Positions 19,123 to 28,905 of a stretch of 64,000 nt of DNA are shown piece by piece. A program made the translations under genes and the position numbers. Source of the DNA: a virus; IMG/VR virus record IMGVR_UViG_3300042922_000827, positions 1-64,000 of that record. One strand, 5' to 3'. The notes beneath the pieces were generated by a model. That model did no database searches. It was not told the DNA's origin and was given only the letters and a program-made list of their open reading frames with translations. Within the stretch, counting starts at the first letter, position 1, and each line of letters starts with the position of its first letter.

Positions 19123-20698
19123 TTACTTTCACCCTCTCTACTATAATGCGTTCTACTACATTACGTTGAGCCATATGCATCTGATAGTCATAAATCTGTT
19201 GCATATGAGCATTGTATCTATCTGCAATAATTTTATTATATCTTTCGTCAAGTTCTCTATCACTAATGACTATGTCCGTACACTTAGTAGCATATTTAGA
19301 GAACACTGGCTGTTTAGCTTTGTAATAATTCTTAATAGATAGAAATCCTCTATCTACTGCTTCGATATAAAATGTATTCCTATCTCTAGTTCTGCCTAAA
19401 GATTGTCTAGCTGTAACTTCAGATTTAAAGGGTTCTGCTAAAACAATTGTTAAAGCCAATCCTGCTATATCTATTGCAGCTCCACATGATTTAGTAGTTG
19501 AAAGTATTATTCTTTTATTTAACTGCTCTTGCTTTTGATTCTTTGGAATTAGTGAATGGAAGACTCCTATCTGCCCTCTGTATTCTGGGAAATAATATTC
19601 CATCCAATTATACACTATTGTTATCGCGCTAGTAGTGCCTATATAAATTAAAGTTTTGCCGTTCTTTTTTCTGCTAATTTCCATAAGAATATAAATAAGC
19701 TTATAGAACTCAGGTTTAGTAACTACATAATTGGTATAATTATTTCTATCAAACCCATATACATTCTTGCAACCGTTAATATCAAATGCAGTTGGATGTG
19801 AGTTATAGCTAATACCAATATATTCACTTCTAGGATCTTCTTCTTCATCAAACAAGTCAATTGCAGGTACATTCTTAAAACTAGTCTGGTATATTATATT
19901 CTCTCGTTCATCACTTCTTGCTGGAGTTGCAGTGAGGTATAAAGTCTTCATTGTATTTGTAAAAAAATCTATTTTACAAATATTATCAAAATTAAGATGT
20001 GCTTCATCATATATCTTTATAGCTATACCTAGTATTATAAATAGCTCTCCCACTTTATGCCATCCATGTTTATCGCCATAACTCTTGATGGTATCATGGG
20101 ATGCTAATATAAATTTGTATTTGGTAATATCATTCATTCCATTTAGTAGCCTAGCAATGGAACCACTTCCAGATATAATGTAAATTTCATCTCTCTTTAT
20201 ATCGGTATATTGTAAAATTCGTTTCTTCCATTGATCTATCCAATCTAAAGATGAAGTAATCATCATAGTTAAAAGAGATGTATATGAAGCCATAGCTATA
20301 CTAAGATATGTTTTGCCAGCTCCAGGATTTAGATTTACAGATAGCTGAGATTTGGTTTTTGTGTAACTATATTCATCTTTTCCAAGAATAAATCTAATAG
20401 CTTCTTTTTGAACATCGTCTCTTGGTAAATGTTTGATTCTGATAGGTTCTACTTTTCTATATGAATCACATTTACTAACAAGATGAGCATTACAACCAAA
20501 TAGACCTTCAATAAAATACACATCTATTCCTCTAGGGAGATACATCCTTTTGTTTGCCTCGTCATAATAACATGCTTTAGGAAATCTTGTATGTCTTAAT
20601 TTATCATAAATACTAAAAAAGTTCTCTAATCTAGGACTATCCCCTAGATTATAATTATTGATTATTATCGCTGAATGTCTTACTTCTATTTTATGCAT
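19109..20698 (-). CDS. Superfamily 2 (DEAH) helicase
   Basis: LNPGAGKT, DEAH, TAT, QSLGRTR motifs; AACA GTTGTG TA promoter 20715-20726. Confidence 0.9.
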   Translation of the reverse strand: MHKIEVRHSAIIINNYNLGDSPRLENFFSIYDKLRHTRFPKACYYDEANKRMYLPRGIDVYFIEGLFGCNAHLVSKCDSYRKVEPIRIKHLPRDDVQKEAIRFILGKDEYSYTKTKSQLSVNLNPGAGKTYLSIAMASYTSLLTMMITSSLDWIDQWKKRILQYTDIKRDEIYIISGSGSIARLLNGMNDITKYKFILASHDTIKSYGDKHGWHKVGELFIILGIAIKIYDEAHLNFDNICKIDFFTNTMKTLYLTATPARSDERENIIYQTSFKNVPAIDLFDEEEDPRSEYIGISYNSHPTAFDINGCKNVYGFDRNNYTNYVVTKPEFYKLIYILMEISRKKNGKTLIYIGTTSAITIVYNWMEYYFPEYRGQIGVFHSLIPKNQKQEQLNKRIILSTTKSCGAAIDIAGLALTIVLAEPFKSEVTARQSLGRTRDRNTFYIEAVDRGFLSIKNYYKAKQPVFSKYATKCTDIVISDRELDERYNKIIADRYNAHMQQIYDYQMHMAQRNVVERIIVERVKVNGHI

Positions 20699-20771
20699 AT
20701 TCTAATTCCCCCATTACACAACTGTTGGGAAGGTAATAAAAAAGAAAAGCTACCTTTTCAGGTAGCTTTGT

Positions 20772-21026
20772 TTAGGATGCGATTGTAATATTACAATCGC
20801 ATCCTATTAATTGCCCCTTACATTTTGGGCATCTTTCTACGTCGCAATTCAGATGGTGTACTCCTCCTTCTGCGACGTGACAATCATGACAATTTCCTTC
20901 ACCCCAATCTTCATCTTCCTTACCAAAAGGTATTCTATCATATAGAACACCATCTATTTCTACCTTATTAAAATTGCAACCTTTACCACTTTTATACTCA
21001 ACACCACATTTACAACTATATGACAT
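20772..21026 (-). CDS. Small Cys/His-rich zinc-binding protein
   Basis: CHDC...HHLNCDVERCPKC...CDC. Confidence 0.65.
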   Translation of the reverse strand: MSYSCKCGVEYKSGKGCNFNKVEIDGVLYDRIPFGKEDEDWGEGNCHDCHVAEGGVHHLNCDVERCPKCKGQLIGCDCNITIAS

Positions 21027-21045
21027 TTTATATATCTCCCCTTAT

Positions 21046-21435
21046 TTATAAATCTAATTGGCTATTCAAATATTTAGTGCTGTAACTAATGAATCCTATT
21101 TGTCTGCCCAAAGATCTAAATTTAGTACTGACTGTGGTTTTATTTATATCAGTACTGATAATATAAAAATCTAAATTATCAACTAATATAATATCTCCTA
21201 CAGACAGTTCTATGTATCCACGACTAAAACGTAAAACTATATGATCTTTTGTATTATTTGGAAATATAGAGTGCGATATTAAATCTAATTTTGTACTTTC
21301 AGACGGTATATCAATAGAAATATCTCTGATAGTGCTTTTATCGAATGTCACCCTTGCTCTGTTATCTAAAATTTTATGGATTTTATTATCATCTTTTCCA
21401 ACGATAAACATTTTACTTTTTTGATATGCATCCAT
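21046..21435 (-). CDS. Hypothetical protein
   Basis: 129 aa, AGGAG RBS. Confidence 0.55.
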   Translation of the reverse strand: MDAYQKSKMFIVGKDDNKIHKILDNRARVTFDKSTIRDISIDIPSESTKLDLISHSIFPNNTKDHIVLRFSRGYIELSVGDIILVDNLDFYIISTDINKTTVSTKFRSLGRQIGFISYSTKYLNSQLDL

Positions 21436-21495
21436 CTTATATCTCTCCTTCTAATAAAAATAAGAGAATGCTGTAATAGCATTCTCTTATATAAG

Positions 21496-21732
21496 TTATT
21501 TAGCGAAATCTGGATGTTTTTGGCATTTGGATAATGATTTGCTCAGAAATTGTTCTTTTGTTATTTCTTTATAATTAACAGCATTATCCTCCCCAAAGCC
21601 GACAGGAGAAAAATCCCCATATGCATCCTCTCCAATAAATGTAACCCCATACACTATTGATGATACACATCCGGCAATATAAATCCTTGATCCTGTAGTA
21701 TGTTCGTAAAATTTACCTAATTCAAATTTCAT
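21496..21732 (-). CDS. Hypothetical protein
   Basis: 78 aa, GGGGAG RBS, hairpin 21460-21490 downstream. Confidence 0.55.
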   Translation of the reverse strand: MKFELGKFYEHTTGSRIYIAGCVSSIVYGVTFIGEDAYGDFSPVGFGEDNAVNYKEITKEQFLSKSLSKCQKHPDFAK

Positions 21733-21746
21733 TTTTCTCTCTCCCC

Positions 21747-23912
21747 TTATTTATTTTTTACTCTATATCTAACAGCTGGGCAGAAGTTTTCTTTCTTAGG
21801 ATTATCATCAACAATGTTTGAAGTATCGCTAAGGAAGTTCTGCGGTTGCTTCATAAAGAAAAGATCCATATAAGATGTGGATGTTTTCTTAAATGATAAT
21901 GGGGTATATAATATCTTACTTAAATTTTGATATAATAAAGATATTACAATACTTGGATTGTCCATTAAAGATTGATTTAAAGTAAGAATTTGATACTGTT
22001 CATCTGGAGTATCCCAATCTGGTTTGTCTAGAACACTATTAATATTTCTTATTTGATTCATAAGAAGTATTTCTAAATGAACACTAGTAATATGCAATTT
22101 TCCTTCCAACACAAGTTCGATAAGTGTTTGAAGTACTCCATGTCTATTATATTTTTCTGGATCTTCTTTCTTTTTCTTAGGATCTACTTTCTTATTAAGC
22201 ACGTTTTGAATATCATCAAGCGTCTTGCTCAGTTCATTATTATGAAGTTTAATAAGGAATAGAGCAAAATCTTCTTCCTTACTTAATTCGTGCAAATCAA
22301 TCTGCAATGTATTCTCTTCTGTCGCTATTGCATTTTTCCATATATACGAATTAAAATCGGCAGAAATATACATTGGGTTGTCGTCTTCCGTTCTAATAAT
22401 CGATACATTTCCATCTTTAGTTTCTATAGCAAACTCTGTAATAAATTTATTATAGTTAACGTCTACTATATCACTATCATCATCGTCGTCATCTAAGTAA
22501 TCTGTCTTCTTGTAATCATCTTCATTTTCAGAACTTATCTTTTCAGGATCAATAATCATATAAGTTCCTTTTGGAAATTCATAGTCTGGAGACAATTGAA
22601 GTATATTGATATTGACAGAAAAGAATTTGTAAAATGCAGCGACCCAGCGCATCTTTTTAATAATAGTTTCCAATAGATGCTTTGCAGATAACTGTCGTTG
22701 TGTGAGTTCAGATGAAAGATTTTCTGCTGAATATTTACCGATCTTAATAGTATTATTTGTGTAAGCTAAGTCGCCATAACATTTATAGCATACACCATTG
22801 CCCCTAGCAGCAGATGCGCATGTCATTGGACTACGAAGATAAATTTTACTTCCGATTAGGAACTTATCTTTTCTACTTATATGGCGCTCTACACCATTAG
22901 GTGACATCCGATAGTATCTATCGGCTTGCATAATTAATATATCTTCATTCTTTATCTCGACTTCTTGATAATTATTACTATGGCAATCATATGTCGGATC
23001 GTCATGCAACTTCGTATCTATGTTATTTAGCCCTAAGATACGAGCAAAGTTACCGCTATATCCTACATTATTCTTCATTTGAATTTGTGCAACACGAGCA
23101 GAGCTAGAATCTATAAACTGGTTCAATATGCTATTTAAAGCTCCATTAATATAACTACCATCAATAATAGCTGGATGTACTCCGCCTTGACCATTTGGTT
23201 TCGACCCAATATGAATAGCAAATTCCTTATATTGTCTTGGATTGATACCTTCTTTTGATAAAAATGGATCTCTAAGACAATGATGGTAACCAATTAATTC
23301 TTTTGAATCTTTAATGATTATACTCATTGCCCGCTTTGCTCTCTCCATACCAAGATCTTTTACGTCTTCAATAGGAGTATTCTGAAATGATGTATGCAAA
23401 ATATCATCAAATTCTGGACTTGCATTCATTAATGCAATATCATCTTCTAAATTTATTGTATTTGCAATAAACATTGAAAATCTATCCACGTCAGTGAAAT
23501 TATACAGAGTATCATCAATAATATTATTCATAAGAACGCTGTCCATTTCTTTTCTAACAACGTCAACAAAATGCGTATCGATAAAATCTTTAATTGTATC
23601 TTGAGTGATAGCTTCATCGAAATACAAATGTTTGCCCACTATTTGCTTTCCAGATCTTACAATCAGATACCATTGAATTAGATTGAAGTATAAATCCATT
23701 ACAGATAATTCTACAACATCATCATTTCCCATATCTACAGTAATGAATGTTTTTTGCAGAAATTCCGTTTCGATTCCATCCTTCATTAAGTTAAGAACAC
23801 CTGTATAATGTTCTTGCCAGCTTGCCATGGTTATATCTTTGGTATGTAAAACCATGGTTCCTGTCTTAATAAGTTCATCGTAAATATAGTAGTTTTTAAA
23901 ATTGTTTAACAT
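21747..23912 (-). CDS. RNA polymerase beta' C-terminal subunit (probably non-virion RNAP)
   Basis: YLRSPMTC...VCYKCYG zinc site, TQRQLSAKH trigger-loop region, VHLEILL; preceded by an early promoter. Confidence 0.88.
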   Translation of the reverse strand: MLNNFKNYYIYDELIKTGTMVLHTKDITMASWQEHYTGVLNLMKDGIETEFLQKTFITVDMGNDDVVELSVMDLYFNLIQWYLIVRSGKQIVGKHLYFDEAITQDTIKDFIDTHFVDVVRKEMDSVLMNNIIDDTLYNFTDVDRFSMFIANTINLEDDIALMNASPEFDDILHTSFQNTPIEDVKDLGMERAKRAMSIIIKDSKELIGYHHCLRDPFLSKEGINPRQYKEFAIHIGSKPNGQGGVHPAIIDGSYINGALNSILNQFIDSSSARVAQIQMKNNVGYSGNFARILGLNNIDTKLHDDPTYDCHSNNYQEVEIKNEDILIMQADRYYRMSPNGVERHISRKDKFLIGSKIYLRSPMTCASAARGNGVCYKCYGDLAYTNNTIKIGKYSAENLSSELTQRQLSAKHLLETIIKKMRWVAAFYKFFSVNINILQLSPDYEFPKGTYMIIDPEKISSENEDDYKKTDYLDDDDDDSDIVDVNYNKFITEFAIETKDGNVSIIRTEDDNPMYISADFNSYIWKNAIATEENTLQIDLHELSKEEDFALFLIKLHNNELSKTLDDIQNVLNKKVDPKKKKEDPEKYNRHGVLQTLIELVLEGKLHITSVHLEILLMNQIRNINSVLDKPDWDTPDEQYQILTLNQSLMDNPSIVISLLYQNLSKILYTPLSFKKTSTSYMDLFFMKQPQNFLSDTSNIVDDNPKKENFCPAVRYRVKNK

Positions 23913-23981
23913 TCGCAGCCCCCCTAATTTACCTCATAGTATATTATTAAGTTGAGTTAGATTTAAGAATCCATTCTCAAG

Positions 23982-23995
23982 TATATAATATATAA
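23982..23995 (-). promoter_or_regulatory. Early phage promoter
   Basis: TTATATATTATATActTGAGAAT on the minus strand. Confidence 0.75.
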
Positions 23996-24007
23996 TCAAG
24001 ACAAAAT

Positions 24008-24039
24008 ATAAGAGGGATAGCAATTGCTATCCCTCTTAT
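24008..24039. terminator. 32-bp perfect palindrome / terminator
   Basis: ATAAGAGGGATAGCAATTGCTATCCCTCTTAT. Confidence 0.8.
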
Positions 24040-24043
24040 TTAA

Positions 24044-24472
24044 TTATCTACCAATAGGACGTGTGAATGCATTTGGAGTAAGTTTAAGCAAACTCTTTTG
24101 AGCAACAACAGCATCTTTCTTAACGCGAGTGGCATACTTGTTCATAATTTTGCCAATTAGATCGCGTTCTTTAATACGATTTTTGCGTAGAGCTTCCCAG
24201 TTAGCATCACCGTCTTCTTTTGCTTTTTGAAAAGCGGCAATTTTAACACGACGAGTTAAATCATCCATTTTAGATAAACGAACAATCGTTTTCTTTCCGA
24301 TAACTCCAGCTTCTTCTAAAGCCTTCACTTCATCAGAACCAAGATATTCAGTTCTTTGATCTTCAGTCATCATAGCAACTTCTTGTTCAAAGATTTTTTC
24401 CATTAGGGCATTCTGATCTGTTACTCCAGATTCTTCATTTAACGCAGATGTTTCTTCAATAAAAAATGGCAT
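24044..24472 (-). CDS. Probable internal head protein
   Basis: Start MPFFIEE; LNEES-type putative protease sites; basic C-terminus; late promoter 24537-24548. Confidence 0.5.
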   Translation of the reverse strand: MPFFIEETSALNEESGVTDQNALMEKIFEQEVAMMTEDQRTEYLGSDEVKALEEAGVIGKKTIVRLSKMDDLTRRVKIAAFQKAKEDGDANWEALRKNRIKERDLIGKIMNKYATRVKKDAVVAQKSLLKLTPNAFTRPIGR

Positions 24473-24647
24473 TTTAAAAAACCCCCTTAATATATTCTTG
24501 TTTATATACAGCGCCCACATTAGACACGCTATAGATTATTTAGATGTTTTATAATTATAAACATATTGAATCATTGAATATAAAACTTTAATACCCATCT
24601 TACATTCATATAATGATCTAAATACATTGATAAAGGGGTAATTAGAG

Positions 24648-26756
24648 ATGTTACAAGGAAAACTACTAGATAGATATACTGGTATACTAAAGAGAATTAT
24701 GCCGTTATCTATCCCAGCTTTAACTGATGGGGAGATAGATGAAGCTATTCAATATTCTATTATGAAGAGATTTAAAGATAGTGATTGTACTATTCACAAT
24801 AATTACAAGCACAAAACTGTTAATACAAGTATAGCACAGCTTACAGAGTATATATTGGATAAAGAGCCAATCATGACTTCGTATGGTTGTCTATTTACTA
24901 AACATGGTAAAGTAAAGAATCCTTTATATGATTTAATCGAAGAAATTGTAACTATTAGAGACAAGTTTAAACATGAAATGTTTAAATATAAGAAAGGTAC
25001 AGAAGAATACGAAAAGTATTTTCTATTACAACTATTAGCAAAAGTAGATGCAAACGCTTTATACGGATGCCTTGGGAATTATAGCTCGATGTTCTATAAT
25101 ATTTACGTTGCAACAAGTATTACTCGTCAGGGGAAATCTGCTATCTCTGCTTCGATTATGCTATTTGAGGGGCTGTTAGCTAATAATGTAAAATTTGGTT
25201 CTCTGAATGAAATTATTACATTTATAGATAATACAGTATCAGAAGAAAGAATTTATGACGATAGACAAATATTAGATAGAGAAGTATCTCTAGCCGAAGC
25301 GTATTGTAAAGTTATGGGAACATGTGGATATAATTGGATACCAGATAGGAAAGATGCTAATCTTGTATGGGATATTATGACTAGATTAACTCCACAAGAT
25401 TTGACTAGATTATATTATAAAAATAATATGTATGCCTTTTTCAATAATAGCTTTATAAATAATCTTCTTATGAAAATTTTATGTACTCTTAAACTTCCAT
25501 TCTTAGATCCAAATAAACCACCTAAAGAAATTAAAAATGATCTAAATCAATTAATTGAATATATAAAAGAATATGTATATTATGGATATCAGATTATCGA
25601 TAAACTCGATAGAGTTGAAACTATGACTCGCGATGTTGTTCTTGTCACAGATACAGATTCTTGTATCATTAGTTTAGAGCCATGGTATAGGTTTGTATTA
25701 GATAAGACTAAATATTTTAGTAGCGATCAAATGAATATAAAAAACGAGATTATAGATATCATAGAATATATGAAGATGGATTCATTTGGAGATAGAGAAT
25801 TGCTTCCTATTGTAGAAAGGGTAGATCCTTCATATGATTATGATTTTTATGATGAAACTCTTATCGAACAGCAAAGACTAATCAATCCAGTTAATGTTAT
25901 TCCTCAGGATGGGCTTAGACATTCAATTATAAATATAATGTCATATTGTGTAAGCCAGCTCATACTAGATTATATGTATAAATATACTATCAATCATAAC
26001 TCAGCTGCTCCTAGCAGAAAATGTCTTCTTATAATGAAGAATGAATTTTTATTCAAAACTATTTTACTTACTGATGGTAAAAAGAACTATGCGGCTATAC
26101 AAGAAATACAAGAAGGAAATCTTATACCAAAAGGAATAGATACACAATTAGCAATTTCTGGACTTCCTATTGATAAGGTTGGCATACCAGAATCTACTGG
26201 TAAAGAGCTTAAAAGAATATTGTATGAGGATATATTAAACTCTGGAGATATTGATCAGATTCAAACTCTTAAGGATATAGCAATACTTGAAAGAAAGATA
26301 TTCAATTCAATAGAAAATGGGGAAACAAAATATCATAAGCCGGCAAGAATAAAATCTTTGAGCACATATGATACTCCATTTAGAATCCAAGGAATTAAAG
26401 CATCTGTAGCATATAATGCTCTTAAAGATGAACATGAAGATCCTATTGATTTAAGCAGACGTAACAGTATACTTATCATTAAGGTAAATATCAGTCAAAA
26501 AATTATTGAAGGTCTGAAAGAATCTAATCCTAATAAATATGAACAGATGACAAATCTTTTAGCAACAAAAGAATTTAAGGGTTCAGTTGAGGCTATAGGA
26601 ATACCATCTAATGCTTCTATACCAAGTTGGGTAATTGAATTTATTGATTACAATACAATTATTCATGATAACCTAACTAACTTCCCATTAGAATCAATTG
26701 GTATTACTCGCCTCAATAATAAAAATATAACATATTCCAATATATTGGAATTATAA
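24648..26756 (+). CDS. Family B DNA polymerase, polymerase subunit of a split enzyme
   Basis: Motif B KVDANALYG, motif C VTDTDS, KKNYA; no exonuclease or DxxSLYP motif seen. Confidence 0.88.
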   Translation: MLQGKLLDRYTGILKRIMPLSIPALTDGEIDEAIQYSIMKRFKDSDCTIHNNYKHKTVNTSIAQLTEYILDKEPIMTSYGCLFTKHGKVKNPLYDLIEEIVTIRDKFKHEMFKYKKGTEEYEKYFLLQLLAKVDANALYGCLGNYSSMFYNIYVATSITRQGKSAISASIMLFEGLLANNVKFGSLNEIITFIDNTVSEERIYDDRQILDREVSLAEAYCKVMGTCGYNWIPDRKDANLVWDIMTRLTPQDLTRLYYKNNMYAFFNNSFINNLLMKILCTLKLPFLDPNKPPKEIKNDLNQLIEYIKEYVYYGYQIIDKLDRVETMTRDVVLVTDTDSCIISLEPWYRFVLDKTKYFSSDQMNIKNEIIDIIEYMKMDSFGDRELLPIVERVDPSYDYDFYDETLIEQQRLINPVNVIPQDGLRHSIINIMSYCVSQLILDYMYKYTINHNSAAPSRKCLLIMKNEFLFKTILLTDGKKNYAAIQEIQEGNLIPKGIDTQLAISGLPIDKVGIPESTGKELKRILYEDILNSGDIDQIQTLKDIAILERKIFNSIENGETKYHKPARIKSLSTYDTPFRIQGIKASVAYNALKDEHEDPIDLSRRNSILIIKVNISQKIIEGLKESNPNKYEQMTNLLATKEFKGSVEAIGIPSNASIPSWVIEFIDYNTIIHDNLTNFPLESIGITRLNNKNITYSNILEL

Positions 26757-26761
26757 GGAGA
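26720..26761 (+). repeat. 42-bp direct repeat, copy 1
   Basis: TAAAAATATAACATATTCCAATATATTGGAATTATAAGGAGA, identical at 27381-27422. Confidence 0.95.
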
Positions 26762-26770
26762 AGAGAGAAA

Positions 26771-27391
26771 ATGAAAACAAGAGAAGAAATGTTAGATGCA
26801 GAGCTAAAATATAGATTTGCATCATTTACCGAAGATCTAAACAGATATAATGATAACTTAAAGAAGTCTATTGAAATTAGGAAAAAACTTCTAATCAACG
26901 TACCAGCTACTGTGAAAAATGAAGAGAATTATAAAATTTATGTAAACGCTTCATTAGATACTCTTATTTTTGAACAAAAACATTTACAAAAACTTATTGA
27001 TAGGCATCTCACCACATGTATTGAATCTAAGATGAAAATATTAGATTTGGAAATAGAAGAGCAATTTAAAGAAAATATTAATAAACTCAAAAATATAGCA
27101 AAAGATATATGCAATATAAAATATGACATAGATGCAATTGTAGCTAATATAGAATCTATGTCAATAGACTATAGTAATAGTACAATACTAGAAGGGGTTT
27201 CTATTTTTAATAAAAATATGATTAATTCTATTAAAAATAGAAACGAGCAATTAAATACCATACCGTCTGCTATAGCTGATGCCACTCAATATAAGCGAGA
27301 AATCAATACTTCACTATGTTTTGTTTGCGAGCTTGAATACTTTAAATTGCAAAAAATTATTAATAGCAATACAATAATAGTAAAAATATAA
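26771..27391 (+). CDS. Helical hypothetical protein (paralog of 27430-27795)
   Basis: Shares D...Y...LKK...LD.L...Q..LQK.ID.H with the next ORF. Confidence 0.65.
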   Translation: MKTREEMLDAELKYRFASFTEDLNRYNDNLKKSIEIRKKLLINVPATVKNEENYKIYVNASLDTLIFEQKHLQKLIDRHLTTCIESKMKILDLEIEEQFKENINKLKNIAKDICNIKYDIDAIVANIESMSIDYSNSTILEGVSIFNKNMINSIKNRNEQLNTIPSAIADATQYKREINTSLCFVCELEYFKLQKIINSNTIIVKI

Positions 27392-27422
27392 CATATTCCA
27401 ATATATTGGAATTATAAGGAGA
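27381..27422 (+). repeat. 42-bp direct repeat, copy 2
   Basis: Identical to 26720-26761; contains palindrome TTCCAATATATTGGAA and an RBS. Confidence 0.95.
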
Positions 27423-27429
27423 TATTAAA

Positions 27430-27795
27430 ATGGCACACGATACTGAAAAATTTGAAGATCAGTGGAAAATAATATATAAAGCAGAACCAAAAGAGGATGC
27501 AGGCAATATTGTATCCTCTAACTCAAATACAGAGCCAGACAATTATGAAAACCTGTCAGTGAAAAGATTTAAAACAGCTTTAGCTAAAGATCCAAATTCA
27601 TCTTTAGTTGATGATATTAAAACATATGATGAATATTTAAAGAAGTATATAAAAGATGTAGAGATATTGCTTATACTATCCGCTCCTCCAGGTATAGATC
27701 CAGAGTATTGTAGAATTGCAAGACAGTCTGCTCTTGATCAATTGACCGACAACCAAAATTGTTTGCAAAAAATTATTGATAAGCATACAATATAA
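27430..27795 (+). CDS. Helical hypothetical protein (paralog of 26771-27391)
   Basis: 121 aa; RBS supplied by repeat copy 2. Confidence 0.65.
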   Translation: MAHDTEKFEDQWKIIYKAEPKEDAGNIVSSNSNTEPDNYENLSVKRFKTALAKDPNSSLVDDIKTYDEYLKKYIKDVEILLILSAPPGIDPEYCRIARQSALDQLTDNQNCLQKIIDKHTI

Positions 27796-27819
27796 TAAAA
27801 AATAAAGGGGGTATTTCGC

Positions 27820-28113
27820 ATGAAATTATCTGAAATCAAAACTAGTAAATTATTGCTAAACTATATCGCGGAATTTATTTTAAAGCTATCTAACTTTGAA
27901 GCTGTACATAATGTAGTATTAATTCAAAAAGAAACCAATACTATCAAAGCTTCACTTATAGGGGCAAGCGAGTTTAATGCCGATCTAGCACGAGTAACTT
28001 CTGCTCTTGTTAGATTAAATAAACTCAATGGTGGCAATGATCGCATTCGTGCAATCTATGCTACAGTTAAAGACGAAAACGTTAAAAAACGTTTCGCAAA
28101 ATACATACAATAA
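27820..28113 (+). CDS. Hypothetical protein
   Basis: 97 aa, GGGGG RBS. Confidence 0.6.
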   Translation: MKLSEIKTSKLLLNYIAEFILKLSNFEAVHNVVLIQKETNTIKASLIGASEFNADLARVTSALVRLNKLNGGNDRIRAIYATVKDENVKKRFAKYIQ

Positions 28114-28156
28114 ACAATACACCCGTATCCTCAAAAGGGATACGGGTGTATTGTTT
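28112..28156. terminator. Terminator hairpin
   Basis: 19-bp stem AAACAATACACCCGTATCC / GGATACGGGTGTATTGTTT. Confidence 0.85.
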
Positions 28157-28180
28157 CTATAATAAAAGGAGAGAATAATT

Positions 28181-28498
28181 ATGGAAATATCTAGAGAAGA
28201 ATATATGAAAATGCAATTAGCTATATTCGATTTAACTACAAAGTTACAAGATGCTGATAAAAAGGCAGAAGAAAAATTTATAAATAATTTATTATATGCT
28301 AAAGACGAAACCGTAAATAAGATCATCCAAAGAGCAATAGCGGCAGAAACTGAGCTGAGCAGATTAAAGGAAAGATTCGATACTATTAATGATTTAAATA
28401 AACAAATTTTAAAAGATCAAAAAGATACCATAGATAAAGCGTATAATCTAGCAATACTTCATGAAGAGATGAATAAAAGAATGGAAGATATAAGATAG
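28181..28498 (+). CDS. Coiled-coil hypothetical protein
   Basis: 105 aa, AGGAG RBS. Confidence 0.6.
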   Translation: MEISREEYMKMQLAIFDLTTKLQDADKKAEEKFINNLLYAKDETVNKIIQRAIAAETELSRLKERFDTINDLNKQILKDQKDTIDKAYNLAILHEEMNKRMEDIR

Positions 28499-28509
28499 GA
28501 GCATAGAAA

Positions 28510-28797
28510 ATGGACACTAAATTTGATGAATTGGTTAGAAATGTAACACTTGCATATACAACAGGTGAAAAGATAAGAATTAAGGAAAGTATTAATTTGG
28601 CACAAAAATTATTGCTTACAGATAAGTGTGAAATTAATACTGAAGAGTGTAGAGAGATGATTATATCTACACCATTACGCCTTACATGGATGACTAAAAA
28701 GGAAATTGAAGGCAAAGAATTTTTGGCAATTAAGTATAAAGATATAGCAATAGAATTCTACTCTACTGATATTGTACATACACCTCCTCAGAAATAA
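28510..28797 (+). CDS. Hypothetical protein
   Basis: 95 aa, AGGAG RBS. Confidence 0.6.
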   Translation: MDTKFDELVRNVTLAYTTGEKIRIKESINLAQKLLLTDKCEINTEECREMIISTPLRLTWMTKKEIEGKEFLAIKYKDIAIEFYSTDIVHTPPQK

Positions 28798-28823
28798 AGA
28801 TACGTTAAAGACCGATATTTCAG

Positions 28824-28837
28824 TTATATATTATATA
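28824..28837 (+). promoter_or_regulatory. Early phage promoter
   Basis: TTATATATTATATAtgTGAGAAT. Confidence 0.75.
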
Positions 28838-28905
28838 TGTGAGAATAAATAAAATATATAGACTGAAGCTCGAATATATCGACCAGTCAAAGAGGAGAAT
28901 ATAAA

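Noticed and set aside
13375-26756. Introns or inteins in terminase, helicase, RNAP or DNA polymerase
   Set aside because: ORFs are continuous and no intein C...HN/C signatures or LAGLIDADG motifs were seen; the polymerase insert lacks them
26720-27422. Insertion sequence or prophage att pair
   Set aside because: No transposase or integrase in or near the repeats and no terminal inverted repeats; kept only as a repeat finding
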